Assembly: GCA_963727255.1 (NCBI GenBank) | Contig: CAVSFC010000002.1 | Span: forward strand, 96,001 to 160,000 | Direction of reading: 5' to 3' | Source of the DNA: an uncultured bacterium | GTDB taxonomy: Bacteria > Babelota > Babeliae > Babelales > Vermiphilaceae | Length of the DNA: 64,000 nucleotides | Shown here: in pieces, positions 1 to 11,934 of the stretch | Layout of the letters: each line of letters begins with the position of its first letter | How positions within the stretch are numbered: position 1 is the stretch's first letter | Made by a program: the position numbers and the translations under genes | The notes under the pieces: generated by a model | Database searches by the model: none | What the model was told of the DNA's origin: nothing | What the model saw: only the letters and a program-made list of their open reading frames with translations

Positions 1-2992
1 AACTTTCATTTGCAAGATTCACGGCCTCCCGATATGAGCCATCTTTCATATTCTTGCAGTTAATAAGCGCTTTAATAAAATAATCACGCGCTAATTCATC
101 AGAACGTTCTACCAAAAGACCATCCCGATACATGAGCCCTAAATAAGCGTAAGCGCGAGGATCCGATCTTCTTATTGCTTCTTCTCTTAATAATTCAAAA
201 GCTCGAGAATAGTTTTTTGTTTTAGTATGACACTCAAGCGCTTGCTGTATAGAATCTTTTTTGGGCTCCGGCTGATTAGTTTGAGAATTATCATTTTTGA
301 CATTACTAGTTGGCTCAGGAATTTTACTAAGCACTTCTTGTATCTGTTCACGCATTTGTGTGGTAATTGCCCCACCACAATTTGGATGATAATGATACCC
401 TTGGGTATCAATCACTTTTAAACATTCAACAGCTTCCTCTTCACCCGCTAAAGAAGCCTTAGATAAAAATTCAATGCCCAACTCTAAAGCCGATTGCCCT
501 TTATCTAATTTGCCATCGAGAAGAGCAGCCGCGAGAGTAAATTGTGCCTCCGGATATCCTTTGCCAGCGGAGGACTTTAATAATGATAGTGCTTCTTGGC
601 TCGAGAATTCATCTTTATCTGTACGAAATTTTTGAGCAGCACTGTCAAAAGCTAATTGCAATGAAGCTTCATACTCAACCTGCGCAACGGTTACTATTTT
701 TTTTGCAGTATCGCCAAATAATTTTTTTACCGGGCCCGCTTTCTCTAACAAATCGATGATTCTTTTGAATTCGGTAAGAATACGTTGCGGATCTTCAACT
801 AATGAAACGGTTTTTTGTTGAGCTTGATTAAAAAGAACAGCTGCCAGGCCATACTGAGCCCACGCTTCTCCTTCGTTTGCTTTTTCCTCTAATACTGAAA
901 ATAGCTTTGCTGCAGCAACAAAAATACTTTCTTGCGCATGATCTTGCGCGTGATCGCCCGGTTTGGCAATTAACTCCTCTGCTTCAATGATATGTTTTAA
1001 TGCCACTTCAGGTGCCGTATCGATTAATACATGAGCCATGAGATAGTGGCTTCTCGCGCTCAATTCTAAAGCGCCCGGCTCTTTGGAAGAAAAAAATAGT
1101 TCACTGATTTTCCGCGTATACGCACTTGCTTCCTGTTTCTTTGCAGGAGATTCAGCAACTTCCCATTGCCTATGCCAAACGTTTATTGCAAGTGAAATGT
1201 CCGCTGGAACAGGATTTTTAATGCGTGGCCCTACTAATTCAATTGCCTCATCATTGCCTGCAAGCGCTACCCAGTCTATCCATTTATCAAGCTCTTTAAG
1301 GCAATTTTCATCTAATAGATCTTTGCGTTTAAATCTATGCACTAAATCATGCAAAAACATAACTGCATGGGCATGAATAATCAATGCGCCAAGCGTAGGA
1401 TCATTCTTTCCGCGTGCCCACTCTACCATGCGATCTTTTACAGAGTGTATAAAAGATATTTCTTTATCATCTATCTGTTTTCTTTTGAGACAGCGCTTAA
1501 ATAGGCGCTCATTGCTTGCCGTGCCACATTACATATATCTTGATGCTCAAGACCATACTCCACAATTGCCTTCAATTCTTCAATATCACTCATCTTAACC
1601 GCATGCATAAAATAGTTATAAACTGCTTCAGGCAAATCTTTTTGAAGTTGTTCATGGAGTATTTTTGCAGCGGAAAAGCAAAGACTTGCATCGGTAGAAT
1701 AGATGCGAGCATCCTGTTGTAATAACATTTTGCCAATGGATGCCAATTGGTTTACATTGTGCGCTTTGCCTAAATGCAAAATCGCTTTATCCAGGTTTGG
1801 GTTCAGTACATCCGGAATACCATTCAGATAGAGAGCAGCAAGCTCATTGTGCACATCTATAGTAAGCGGAAGATGGTGCATGAGTTTTTCAAGAATCGGA
1901 AGCATGGTGGCAACAAGTGGCGCTGTATCGCTATCACTATCCCAAGTAACATTAAACGAATCACTCTGGGAATGGTGATCTTTTGGCTTAAGCTTTTCGA
2001 TATCAGCAAAAGTAGCCCCGATGGCTCCTTTTAAATACTCATGCAAACTGTGAGACTCAAGATTATATTCTACCATCCTCCATGCAGCATGCGCATTTTC
2101 TTGCAAAATCAAATGAGTCAAAAAACTATTTCCGGCTTCTTTTAGGATTTGTACATTTTTATTTTCTTCGCTGATTATTTTTGCAGATTCAGCGATTTGC
2201 AAAAGCTTTATACCAAGCTCCAACGCCTGATCCGATTTTGTTTGAATGAGATCTTTTTTTGCTCGCGAAAATCCTCGGTTCTCAAGAATCTGAATAACTG
2301 CATTAATAGTGCGTTTGAAGACACTTTTCTTGATACCTTTTTCCATTTTCAAACGATAGAAATAAGAATCGATTGCTTGCACCACAGATTGGGTTTGATG
2401 TTCTTGCGGACGCTTATTTTGTTTAAGCATTTTGCAAACTGCTTGCTGCAAACGGTCAGGTTGCCCATTCAATTGCGCTATATATTGTTGGACCCCAGGA
2501 AGATAGAAAAATGAAGAATCCGAAAACTGCCGAATCTGGCTTGCATCAATTAGTAACTGTCGCCCCATACCTTCAATTGAAAGTGGATCATGTGTTTGTG
2601 CAATTGAAGGTACCAGTTCAGGGTTAAGCAACAGTGAAGCAGCACTAAACTTAGATAGAAGATCATTATATGCTGCTCCGCGCAACGCCCATGATAAACC
2701 TTCCTCATAGAACTCATTGCGCAATGCGATTGATGTAAGTGTACGGATTGCGCTCACAGATGGCTTTTCCGGATCGGTTGCTAAAGCAAGCAAACCCTTC
2801 AATCCTTCCTCATCAGCATTATCTTGTTGAAACTCTTGCTTTCGCCCTTTCAAGGCGTTCCGAATTTTCTGGATCAAGAGGATACATAATTGCATCATGC
2901 TCATCTACACTTATTGAAGGAGGAAGAATTTGTTCCATCGCGTGTAAAGAAAATGAAATCAAAAAACCTAAACCAGCAATCCGTTTATACAT
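1..2992 (-). CDS. Large exported Sel1-like repeat protein (>990 aa, runs off window start; two apparent frameshifts near 2850-2900 and 1475)
   Basis: ATG at 2992 gives MYKRIAGLGFLISFSLHA|MEQ and joins ORF 1471..2904. A further open frame read manually from about 1470 to base 1 (absent from the track because it has no stop in the window) contains Sel1 motifs GEAWAQYGLA, GYPEAQFTLAAALLDG and DPRAYAYLGLMYRDG. Confidence 0.75.
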
Positions 2993-3379
2993 AAAAATCC
3001 TAATATGATGCAGAAATATTATTTTTTTGATTGCAATGGTAGAGGCAAATGCCCTAAAAAGCAAGAATTGAAAGACGTTATTAGATAAAATAATGATTTT
3101 ATAACTTATTTCTTTTTTATGACGCAACGCCCTTTGATAAGACTGGAAAATCCAATAGCTCAGTAACTGCGGATCAGCGAGCTTGAGGTTGGCAAAATTT
3201 AGTGTGCCTGTTTAAAAGCTTGCCCAAGCTCATTATAATATCTCTCTACAATTTTTTTATATTATTATTCATTGATTTTCTGCTTGTTAATATCGAAGAA
3301 ATTCATTCTAATTAACTATAAAAAAAACACCCAATAAGTAATTAGGATGCCAAGATAAATAAGTAATCGGTTTGAAAAA

Positions 3380-3604
3380 TTAATTTTTTACATTTGCGCA
3401 CAAATCGCACACGGTTAAACAATCATCTTTACAGTCGTCGCAACAACCAGAAGTAACTTGTTTACAATTTCCCGCTCCAGATTTTTTAGCAATCGTGCAT
3501 TCACGCAAACAGCGCTCGTGGCAGTTTTTGCATGCCGTTGCACAAACTTCCTGACAACTTACCTTGATTGTTTGCCCTTCTTCTTCTCTTCTCTTTCTTT
3601 CCAT
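3380..3604 (-). CDS. Small Cys-rich protein (13 Cys, CxxxC/CxxC periodicity); possible metal-storage (Csp/DUF326-like) or metallothionein-like
   Basis: AGGAG RBS upstream; SCQEVCATACKNCHERCLREC and CCDDCKDDCLTVCDLC. Confidence 0.65.
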   Translation of the reverse strand: MERKRREEEGQTIKVSCQEVCATACKNCHERCLRECTIAKKSGAGNCKQVTSGCCDDCKDDCLTVCDLCANVKN

Positions 3605-3627
3605 TGCTTTACTCCTTGAGAATTATT

Positions 3628-3706
3628 AAAAAAAGGGCAAGAATTCACGAAATAAAGATTTATTGCGCATTGCAATGGCTTTAATTTCAATTCATGCCCA
3701 TTTTTT
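3628..3706 (-). terminator. Long hairpin with U-tract between the 3716 and 3380 genes
   Basis: Minus strand GGGCATGAATT-GAAAT-TAAAG...CTTTA-TTTC-GTGAATTCTTGCCC followed by T7. Confidence 0.55.
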
Positions 3707-3715
3707 ATTTACTGC

Positions 3716-3931
3716 TTACTCGCAGTTACATTTAGCTTTAGGGCCTTTGTGAGCTCCACACCAACCATTTTTCTTTTGTTCTGGTTGTTGTGCATTGCCA
3801 GCTTGACCTTGTTTTTGCTCAGATTTGCCATGTTGTTGGCCTTGCTTTTGTTGGCCTTGTTGCTGACCTTGACCATCTTTTTGTGCGTTTGGATTCCATC
3901 CGCCTTTTGGATTTTTATTACTATCGTTCAT
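3716..3931 (-). CDS. Small Gln/Gly/Lys-rich hydrophilic protein with C-terminal WCGAH...CNC motif
   Basis: AAGGAG RBS; low-complexity QGQQQ repeats. Confidence 0.7.
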   Translation of the reverse strand: MNDSNKNPKGGWNPNAQKDGQGQQQGQQKQGQQHGKSEQKQGQAGNAQQPEQKKNGWCGAHKGPKAKCNCE

Positions 3932-4022
3932 CGTATACTCCTTCTTAAAATTAGGTAAATGAACATTTTAATAAACTTAAATAACGAGACCTTAATGCTC
4001 GTATTTTTACATACGCGATTTA

Positions 4023-4253
4023 CTAGTTATTGTCTTTCTTCCAGCTATCCTTACCGCGTTCTTCTTCAGACTTAACATCTTCTTTTTTGTAGTTTACTGG
4101 TCTTTGTTCGTTGCCTTTTGAAGAGTTTGATTCATCTCTTCGATTTTCGTTTTGGAAAGGCTTTTGTTGACCGTGGCCATGTTTTTGCGGTTGATTTGGT
4201 TGGCCCTGCTTTTGATCATTCATATTCGGGTTTTTAGGATTTTGACCGTTCAT
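4023..4253 (-). CDS. Small hydrophilic, probably disordered protein
   Basis: TAAGGAG RBS; N/Q/K/E-rich with no hydrophobic core. Confidence 0.7.
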   Translation of the reverse strand: MNGQNPKNPNMNDQKQGQPNQPQKHGHGQQKPFQNENRRDESNSSKGNEQRPVNYKKEDVKSEEERGKDSWKKDNN

Positions 4254-4478
4254 AAAAATACTCCTTACTTTATTTAAAATACCTATACCTGATGGACCTT
4301 TTTTTGATCCATCTTAACCCTATACTAGCAGATATTATTTCTCATAGTCAATAGTATCAAAAAGTCCATATTTTAATGTTTTTTTAAAAAAATCATATAT
4401 TTTCTAATATAAACTTTGTTAAAGTAAAAAATAGGTAGAGATATAGCATTAACCTAGTATTAAAAAAGGAGATAAATC

Positions 4479-4667
4479 ATGGCCAAATACGGTAAAAAAG
4501 CCCAAAAAGACGTCAAAAGAGCAATGCATGAAATGAAACGAGGCGAACTTAAATCCGGCAGATCACATAAGACAGTGAAAAGCCGAAAGCAGGCAATCGC
4601 CATTGGACTATCTGAAGCTCGAAAGGCTGGTGGAAAAGTTCCTAGAAAAGCAAAGTCAGCACGGTAA
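4479..4667 (+). CDS. DUF6496-like small basic protein
   Basis: AAGGAG RBS; motif AMHEMKRGELKSG...VKSRKQAIAIGLSEARK. Confidence 0.85.
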   Translation: MAKYGKKAQKDVKRAMHEMKRGELKSGRSHKTVKSRKQAIAIGLSEARKAGGKVPRKAKSAR

Positions 4668-4672
4668 AAAAT

Positions 4673-4700
4673 AAAGGCGTGCGAACACGCACGCCTTTTA
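4673..4700 (+). terminator. Rho-independent terminator
   Basis: AAAGGCGTGCG-AACA-CGCACGCCTTTT. Confidence 0.8.
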
Positions 4701-4821
4701 CTTTATTTACATGTACAACTTTTTTTGCCGCACTTTTTACACATAAAGGAACTCCTCATTTTAAATTTTATTAATAAGGCTATTGTTGGTATAAAGAATA
4801 TATAATAAATGGTTAAAAAAA

Positions 4822-5583
4822 ATGAAGATATTAAAAGAAATTATACTAAAAAATATAGTAAGATTAGTAATTTTGCTCGTTCTAGCCGCTGCAGGTAACT
4901 CTTCTATCTCCATGGAAGTTGCTGGAGCGATACCTAAGGAACAAGAACAAAAACTTCCAGAAAATGAACAACTCGTTTTAAAAGAAGAAAAAACACTCCG
5001 AGAATTACGAGAAGAAGAAAAGAAATTTGAAGCCGAATTAGGGCTTACATCAGGCAAAAAAACTCCCTATAACATCTGGCTTGAAATAACTAATGAAGAA
5101 AACAAACCATATAAGATTCTCGTGAATAATACTTTTACCAACTTAGTAAAAACTATAGAACCGAAACAGCCAAAAAGTTTGCTTCTTCAGTTTGAAGGAA
5201 TCTCTGATACCTTATCTGTTTTAAGTGTGGGCTTTGCAGAAGATTTGACATTGTTAAACTGGGTTAAAAGAAACCCGCGGCTTTATCTAAATTTAACTGC
5301 GTATCGCTACAAAAACCCCGATGTGCCAGCCTATTTAACTCTTCAGCTACGCAGCCGTGATTCTTATTTTAATAAAACCCTCTATTATGATGAAACTGAA
5401 AACAATTATGTTGTGAATATTAAATTGGAAGGAGACAATCTTCAAAGAACAACAATATCTGTTCAGCCGGCAACTCAAAAGCATCTTGTCGAAATAAAGG
5501 AAGCAGAGGCAAAGAGAGATACTCTAATCAAAAACCTGCAAAGAACTGGATCACGTCTCCTGCCTAAAATGATTCCTCAATAA
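4822..5583 (+). CDS. Exported hypothetical protein (signal peptide then ME)
   Basis: 253-aa ORF; hydrophobic LVILLVLAAA followed by SIS|MEV. Confidence 0.7.
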   Translation: MKILKEIILKNIVRLVILLVLAAAGNSSISMEVAGAIPKEQEQKLPENEQLVLKEEKTLRELREEEKKFEAELGLTSGKKTPYNIWLEITNEENKPYKILVNNTFTNLVKTIEPKQPKSLLLQFEGISDTLSVLSVGFAEDLTLLNWVKRNPRLYLNLTAYRYKNPDVPAYLTLQLRSRDSYFNKTLYYDETENNYVVNIKLEGDNLQRTTISVQPATQKHLVEIKEAEAKRDTLIKNLQRTGSRLLPKMIPQ

Positions 5584-5671
5584 TCATTGAATTACAAAAA
5601 ATAAAGATTAAAGTTCTTAACTAGTTCTGATACGATGGATTACTGTGTAAAAAGATATACTCAGAGTCAGC

Positions 5672-6388
5672 ATGAAAAAAAAATATATTTTTATTCTGAT
5701 CTTTTTAATAGTTCCACCCTTGCAATCAATGGATTTGAGCGAGTTCACTACTCAGCCAACCGAGGAGCTATTCCCGGGCACATTTGAATTTCCCAATTTA
5801 GAACAACTTCCGCAACTATCTGAATCCATTCTGCAAGATGTAGCACTCAATAATAACGCCCTAGCTGCAGAAAAAAAAATGATTCTTGCTCAAGTGCCCT
5901 ATAAAAATAAAACAGTGATCAAACTGAGCTGGAGAAAAATAAAAACACTGAAATGCGAATTGTGCAATAAAGTTTTTTCATCAGAACGCACTTTGAATCA
6001 TCATTTGAAAAGGAAGACACATAAATCAAATTTAGTTCCCGAGCTAAATATTGAATGGATCAATGAAAAGCCCAGCGCAGTTTCTCCAGAACTTGAACAG
6101 AACTCCTCCTCAAGCGGTGAAAATTACCCAACAAATTACACTGCTCAGGTAGCTTTAGCCAAACAACTTTTTTTAGCTGAGGGTCAACCAAGAGATAAAA
6201 ACGTAGTCAAATTTAATTTGGAAAAAGAACATAAGTTTGCTTGTACTCTTTGCGAGATCACATTTGAAACGAGCAAAAAACTAAATTACCACAATAGGAG
6301 AAATCACTTACTAAAATGCCACTTATGCGATTTTAAATATGCAAGCAATAAGCAATTGAATAAGCATGTGAGAGAAAAACATGCTTAA
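5672..6388 (+). CDS. Exported eukaryote-type C2H2 zinc-finger protein (3 fingers)
   Basis: CELCNKVFSSERTLNHHLKRKTH, CTLCEITFETSKKLNYHNRRNH, CHLCDFKYASNKQLNKHVREKH; signal peptide ending LQS|MD. Confidence 0.85.
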   Translation: MKKKYIFILIFLIVPPLQSMDLSEFTTQPTEELFPGTFEFPNLEQLPQLSESILQDVALNNNALAAEKKMILAQVPYKNKTVIKLSWRKIKTLKCELCNKVFSSERTLNHHLKRKTHKSNLVPELNIEWINEKPSAVSPELEQNSSSSGENYPTNYTAQVALAKQLFLAEGQPRDKNVVKFNLEKEHKFACTLCEITFETSKKLNYHNRRNHLLKCHLCDFKYASNKQLNKHVREKHA

Positions 6389-7028
6389 AATGTATTCTTT
6401 TTTCCTGATCTTTTTAACGATTCCATTCTTCTTGCAATCAATGGATTTGAGCGAATCAGAGTGGCAGAGCTACTATGATGATCTGATTAAATCAATTTTG
6501 GCATCCCCCGATTTAGATGAAAAATCTGATATTAAATTTGTGGCTCCCCGGAATAGTAGCCCATTTGAGATTCACCAAGAAGAGGCAGAAACAAAAAACA
6601 GCACCCAAAATACTATCACTGCCACTGTAGAAAAAGAAATGACACCTTCAAAAACACAACCTCAAGATACTCGGTTCATTAATTTTCATATGTTTGGAGA
6701 ACTGAAGTGCAAATTCTGCGATAGAACTTTCTCATCAGAACAGAGATTAGAGCGCCACACGCAGCTCTGCCATAGAGAAAAAGTACTATTGGTTTCTTAT
6801 AGATGCGATAAAGAAACCTGTAACCTTGCATTTCGATCAGCAGCAGGCTTATCTAATCACAAACGTGCTCATTGGGAACAAAAATTGATCTGTAACGAGT
6901 GCGGCAAACATTTTAAACTTAACGGATCTCTTAATAATCATTTAAAAAAAAAGCACCAAATCTCGAATAATTCTAGCCTGAAGAATATCGAGGATGATAA
7001 TTCCCGTGCGAAATCAACAAATTCTTGA
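6381..7028 (+). CDS. Exported eukaryote-type C2H2 zinc-finger protein (3 fingers), paralog of the upstream gene
   Basis: CKFCDRTFSSEQRLERHTQLCH, CDKETCNLAFRSAAGLSNHKRAH, CNECGKHFKLNGSLNNHLKKKH; signal peptide ending LQS|MD; 8-nt overlap with previous gene. Confidence 0.85.
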   Translation: MLKMYSFFLIFLTIPFFLQSMDLSESEWQSYYDDLIKSILASPDLDEKSDIKFVAPRNSSPFEIHQEEAETKNSTQNTITATVEKEMTPSKTQPQDTRFINFHMFGELKCKFCDRTFSSEQRLERHTQLCHREKVLLVSYRCDKETCNLAFRSAAGLSNHKRAHWEQKLICNECGKHFKLNGSLNNHLKKKHQISNNSSLKNIEDDNSRAKSTNS

Positions 7029-7080
7029 AACTCGACTCTGCGATTTGCCTATATTTTATTGCGCATAAATTAATTACTTT

Positions 7081-7123
7081 AAAATAAAAGCGGCTCACCT
7101 GATTGGCGAGCCGCTTTTATTTT
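7081..7123. terminator. Bidirectional terminator between the zinc-finger genes and groEL
   Basis: AAAATAAAAGCGGCTC...GAGCCGCTTTTATTTT. Confidence 0.85.
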
Positions 7124-7138
7124 AACATGCAATGTTTA

Positions 7139-8811
<1,673 letters not shown>

Positions 8812-8857
8812 TTATTCATTTTCATGCTGAGAAGGCCTATAAGGCTGTCTCGAAGCA

Positions 8858-9145
8858 TTACTCAACAATTCCTAAAATTTCTTCTTCACGAATTACCAAT
8901 GTATCTTGGCCATGCACTTCTGTGCCTGCATATTTGCCAAAATAAACTTTATCACCAACTTTAACGGCAGGTTTAATCAAGTTGCCTTCTTTATCAGCTT
9001 TGCCCGGGCCAACTGCTAAAACTTCGCCAATTTGGGCTTTTTCTTTTGCCGCATCAGGAATATAAATGCCGCCAGCAGTTTTTTCTTGTCCTTCAAGCCG
9101 TTTTACCAAGACTCGATCGCCTAATGGTTTGAATTTTTCAAACAT
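8858..9145 (-). CDS. groS: Co-chaperonin GroES
   Basis: [12 protein letters not shown]...[22 protein letters not shown] before the ATG at 9145. Confidence 0.97.
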   Translation of the reverse strand: MFEKFKPLGDRVLVKRLEGQEKTAGGIYIPDAAKEKAQIGEVLAVGPGKADKEGNLIKPAVKVGDKVYFGKYAGTEVHGQDTLVIREEEILGIVE

Positions 9146-9249
9146 AGTTGCTCCCATTTATAATGTTATTAAATAATTTTAAATACTGTACTTTTTACCA
9201 TTACCCTTGAAATAGTATAGAAAAAAATCTTAAAAATTCAATGTATTTT

Positions 9250-9745
9250 ATCTGAGTAGCAACAGCACTCAGATTTTGCCACTGACTCTTAGCAGCAACC
9301 GCCCTGATTTGTCTCTGATTGGCAGCAAGAATCCGCTCTTGCAGGTTTGCATCAGCACGCAACATCCGTCATCTTCAATTTTTCGCTAATTCTTTATTTT
9401 CCGGAGTCGGCTGATAGAGATCAAGAATATTGCCTGATGGATCCTGGATGCTGGCCATAATGCCATGCGCAGCTTCAGTTGGCTTATCAAGGAAGCTTAA
9501 AGCCTCTTTTTGAGCCTCATAAAAAGCAGCCAAATCGGCTACTTCAAAGACAATTCCGGTGCGATTTAAATTAACTTTTTCATCCGTTGGGCATAGGCCA
9601 ATTTGCAGATCATTGATCTTAAATTCTGCCCAGCGATCATTAACATGAAAAACCAGCGTAACCCAAGTTTTTTATAGAAATCTACTGCTGCTTGCAAATC
9701 ATTTTGCATAACAATAACCATAGCGACTTTTTTGACTGCGTTCAT
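9250..9745 (-). CDS. VOC/glyoxalase family protein with Cys-Cys-rich C-terminal tail (frameshifted; 3' end approximate)
   Basis: MNAVKKVAMVIVMQNDLQAAVDFYKKLGL, then after a shift RTGIVFEVADL...ASIQDPSGNILDLYQP; tail reads GCC, SCC, GGCC, ECCC in shifting frames. Confidence 0.75.
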
Positions 9746-9867
9746 AAAGGAAAAACCCCTAAAAAAAGATGTACTTTTCAGTCTATCAGCTTTCAGAATA
9801 ACTAGCATTCTTCCTGCTAAAAATCAAACATATGATGAAAAATATAGACAGAAAGGAAAGTTAGCTT

Positions 9868-10520
9868 ATGGCACAGATATACCCTTCATTATTAGCCGCA
9901 GATCAGGGAAATCTGGATCATTATATTAAAGAACTTGAGCCCTATGCCCGGGGTTTCATATCGATATCATGGATAATACATTTGTCCCCAATACCGGCAT
10001 TAGCGTTGAAAAGGTAACCATATCGCAAAATCACCTATCGGCAACTCTGGGTTCATCTTATGGTACAAGACCCCGAATCATACTTGAATCAGCTCCATGT
10101 TGCCTCCCGACACCATTATAACATTTCATATAGAATCGCATAAGCATTCTCCAAAATTAATAAAACAGATATTAGAAAAAAAATGGCTTCCGGGAATTGC
10201 AATTAAGCCAAAAACGGGCGATAGATGAAATTTTTCCATTCATAGAATCTCTTTATCAGGTATTGATTATGTCAGTTGAGCCTGGCTTTTCTGGCCAGCC
10301 ATTTTTGAAGAAACGCTCAAAAAGATAGGCCCGTTGATAGGGTTTCGCGATACTGCGAATTTGCATTTTAAAATAGCAATGGATGGGGGAATTGGGATAA
10401 ACAATATAAAAGAAGTAGCAGATAAAGGGAGTTGATCAGTTGGCAGTTGGATCAGAATTATTTAAGCATCCTATGGGAGCAAAAAAGGCGTATCAACTAC
10501 TTTCGGAAAAAGCAGACTAA
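9868..10520 (+). CDS. rpe: Ribulose-phosphate 3-epimerase (multiple frameshifts; missing from the ORF track)
   Basis: Manual translation: MAQIYPSLLAAD, FHIDIMDNTFVPN, WVHLMV, LIMSVEPGFSGQ, MDGGI, AVGS. Confidence 0.9.
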
Positions 10521-10537
10521 TACGCCTTCGTATTTTA

Positions 10538-11743
10538 TTATTCAAACAAGTTCGTTGCTTTTTTTATGACCCACTGATAGGCATCATGCCCGAAATTTGC
10601 ATGCGAAGCTACTCTTGGAGCTATTGACGGATCATGATAAACATATGCCGCAACGGCGCCTACCAGTCCTAATCCTGCTCCAGCAAGCAAGAGTTGGCGA
10701 TTTTGTAAAATTCCTGGCGCGCTTTTAACGGTTTGCAATGCGCTCGCAACTGTTTTTTGTTTCTCTTCCATTGATTGGCCTGGCAATTCAGCTTTTTTTG
10801 CTGCAGCGACCAGCGCCAAATTTGGAATTATAGTGCCCGCACTCAGATATGCTTTTGAGTGAATTTTCTTTATTGCAGGCAATTGATTTCTGATATCGGA
10901 TCTTTAAATCGTATATTTCTTTTTGGTTTTCTATGAGAACCGGTAACCAAGATAGGTTTAATTTTTGAATCGTGAACCAATTTAGATTTCGGCTGATTCT
11001 TTTGGTACTGATAAATTGTAATTTTTTCACTGAGATTATTTATTGCCTGGATGAGAAAATCCATATATTGAGAATCGTGAGCATTATCAAATAAGGATGA
11101 AAATTTAATATAGGTATTTAAGCACTCATTAAGATCTGCAAACGATTCTGGCAAATGAGGTCTAAATGCTTTACTCGTTGCCAATTGGAGCGATCCGGGG
11201 ACCTTTTGCCCATTCTCATTAACTGTTTTAATCTTTTCTATGTCTTCACGTAAAGCAACTGCTAAATCTTTGAGCAATTGAGCCTCTTGAGACAATTGAG
11301 CCACTGAAGCACTCGGGCTAGCCTTAATTGTTGGTGCAATTTTGTGCAATTCAGCTCTAATCGCGTTGTAAGCCCCCTTAACAGGCTTGAACAATTCTAA
11401 TATATTTGCCCAATTTGAACTCTCGGCATCCAACTTATCTACTGCCTCTATGAAAATTATTAAAAGATTTTTTAGCGTTGGTGTGATTCTGGCAAATTAA
11501 TCAGACCGGCAAGACGTTGACTAGCCTTCAATGTATTAATGGGCTTAATATTGAAATTTCTGCTTTACTCATCAGTGTTAAAATGTCTTCGTAAATATCG
11601 TCGAATTCGTCAGCGACTTTTATAATTAACTCGGAATTTTGATGAGAAGCCGATTTCTCGTGATCGGGAGCAAGCTCCATTGCACTGGCGCTGCATGAGA
11701 TAAGGGCCAATAAGAGTAACATATACAGTTTTGCGGTTTTCAT
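10538..11743 (-). CDS. Exported hypothetical protein with C-terminal membrane anchor (frameshifted into fragments 11528..11770, 10870..11433, 10538..10882)
   Basis: GGAGG RBS; MKTAKLYMLLLLALISCSASA|MEL; C-terminal LLLAGAGLGLVGAVAAYVY. Confidence 0.65.
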
Positions 11744-11779
11744 AATTCCTCCATTTAGATAAAATTCCATTCACTCTTA

Positions 11780-11807
11780 ATAATAACCAAAAAATCCAAA
11801 TTGTCAA
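11780..11807 (-). promoter_or_regulatory. Sigma70-type promoter
   Basis: TTGACA-N16-TATTAT upstream of the ATG at 11743. Confidence 0.5.
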
Positions 11808-11881
11808 TATATAGTCCGGCCTATTTCTGGAGAAAGTCGGAGGCCTAAATTCGCTTAAATGTGCCTAAAAATGGTCGACCT

Positions 11882-11917
11882 AATAAAAAGGAGGGGTGAA
11901 TACCCCTCCTTTTTATT
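11882..11917. terminator. Rho-independent terminator
   Basis: AATAAAAAGGAGGGG-TGAATA-CCCCTCCTTTTTATT. Confidence 0.85.
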
Positions 11918-11934
11918 GCTGAAAAGCAATAATT

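Noticed and set aside
3380..3604. RiPP biosynthetic cluster around the Cys-rich peptide
   Set aside because: No radical SAM, other modifying enzyme or dedicated transporter nearby in this window.
5719..6454. Internal Met of the Met+1 proteins as the real start codon
   Set aside because: Upstream segments consistently encode basic-hydrophobic-small signal peptides, and where a clear RBS is visible it precedes the first Met, not the internal one.
9255..9295. Possible CIRCE element upstream of groES (CAGCACTC)
   Set aside because: No matching GAGTGC arm at 9-nt spacing, and the sequence lies in the probable 3' tail of the VOC gene.
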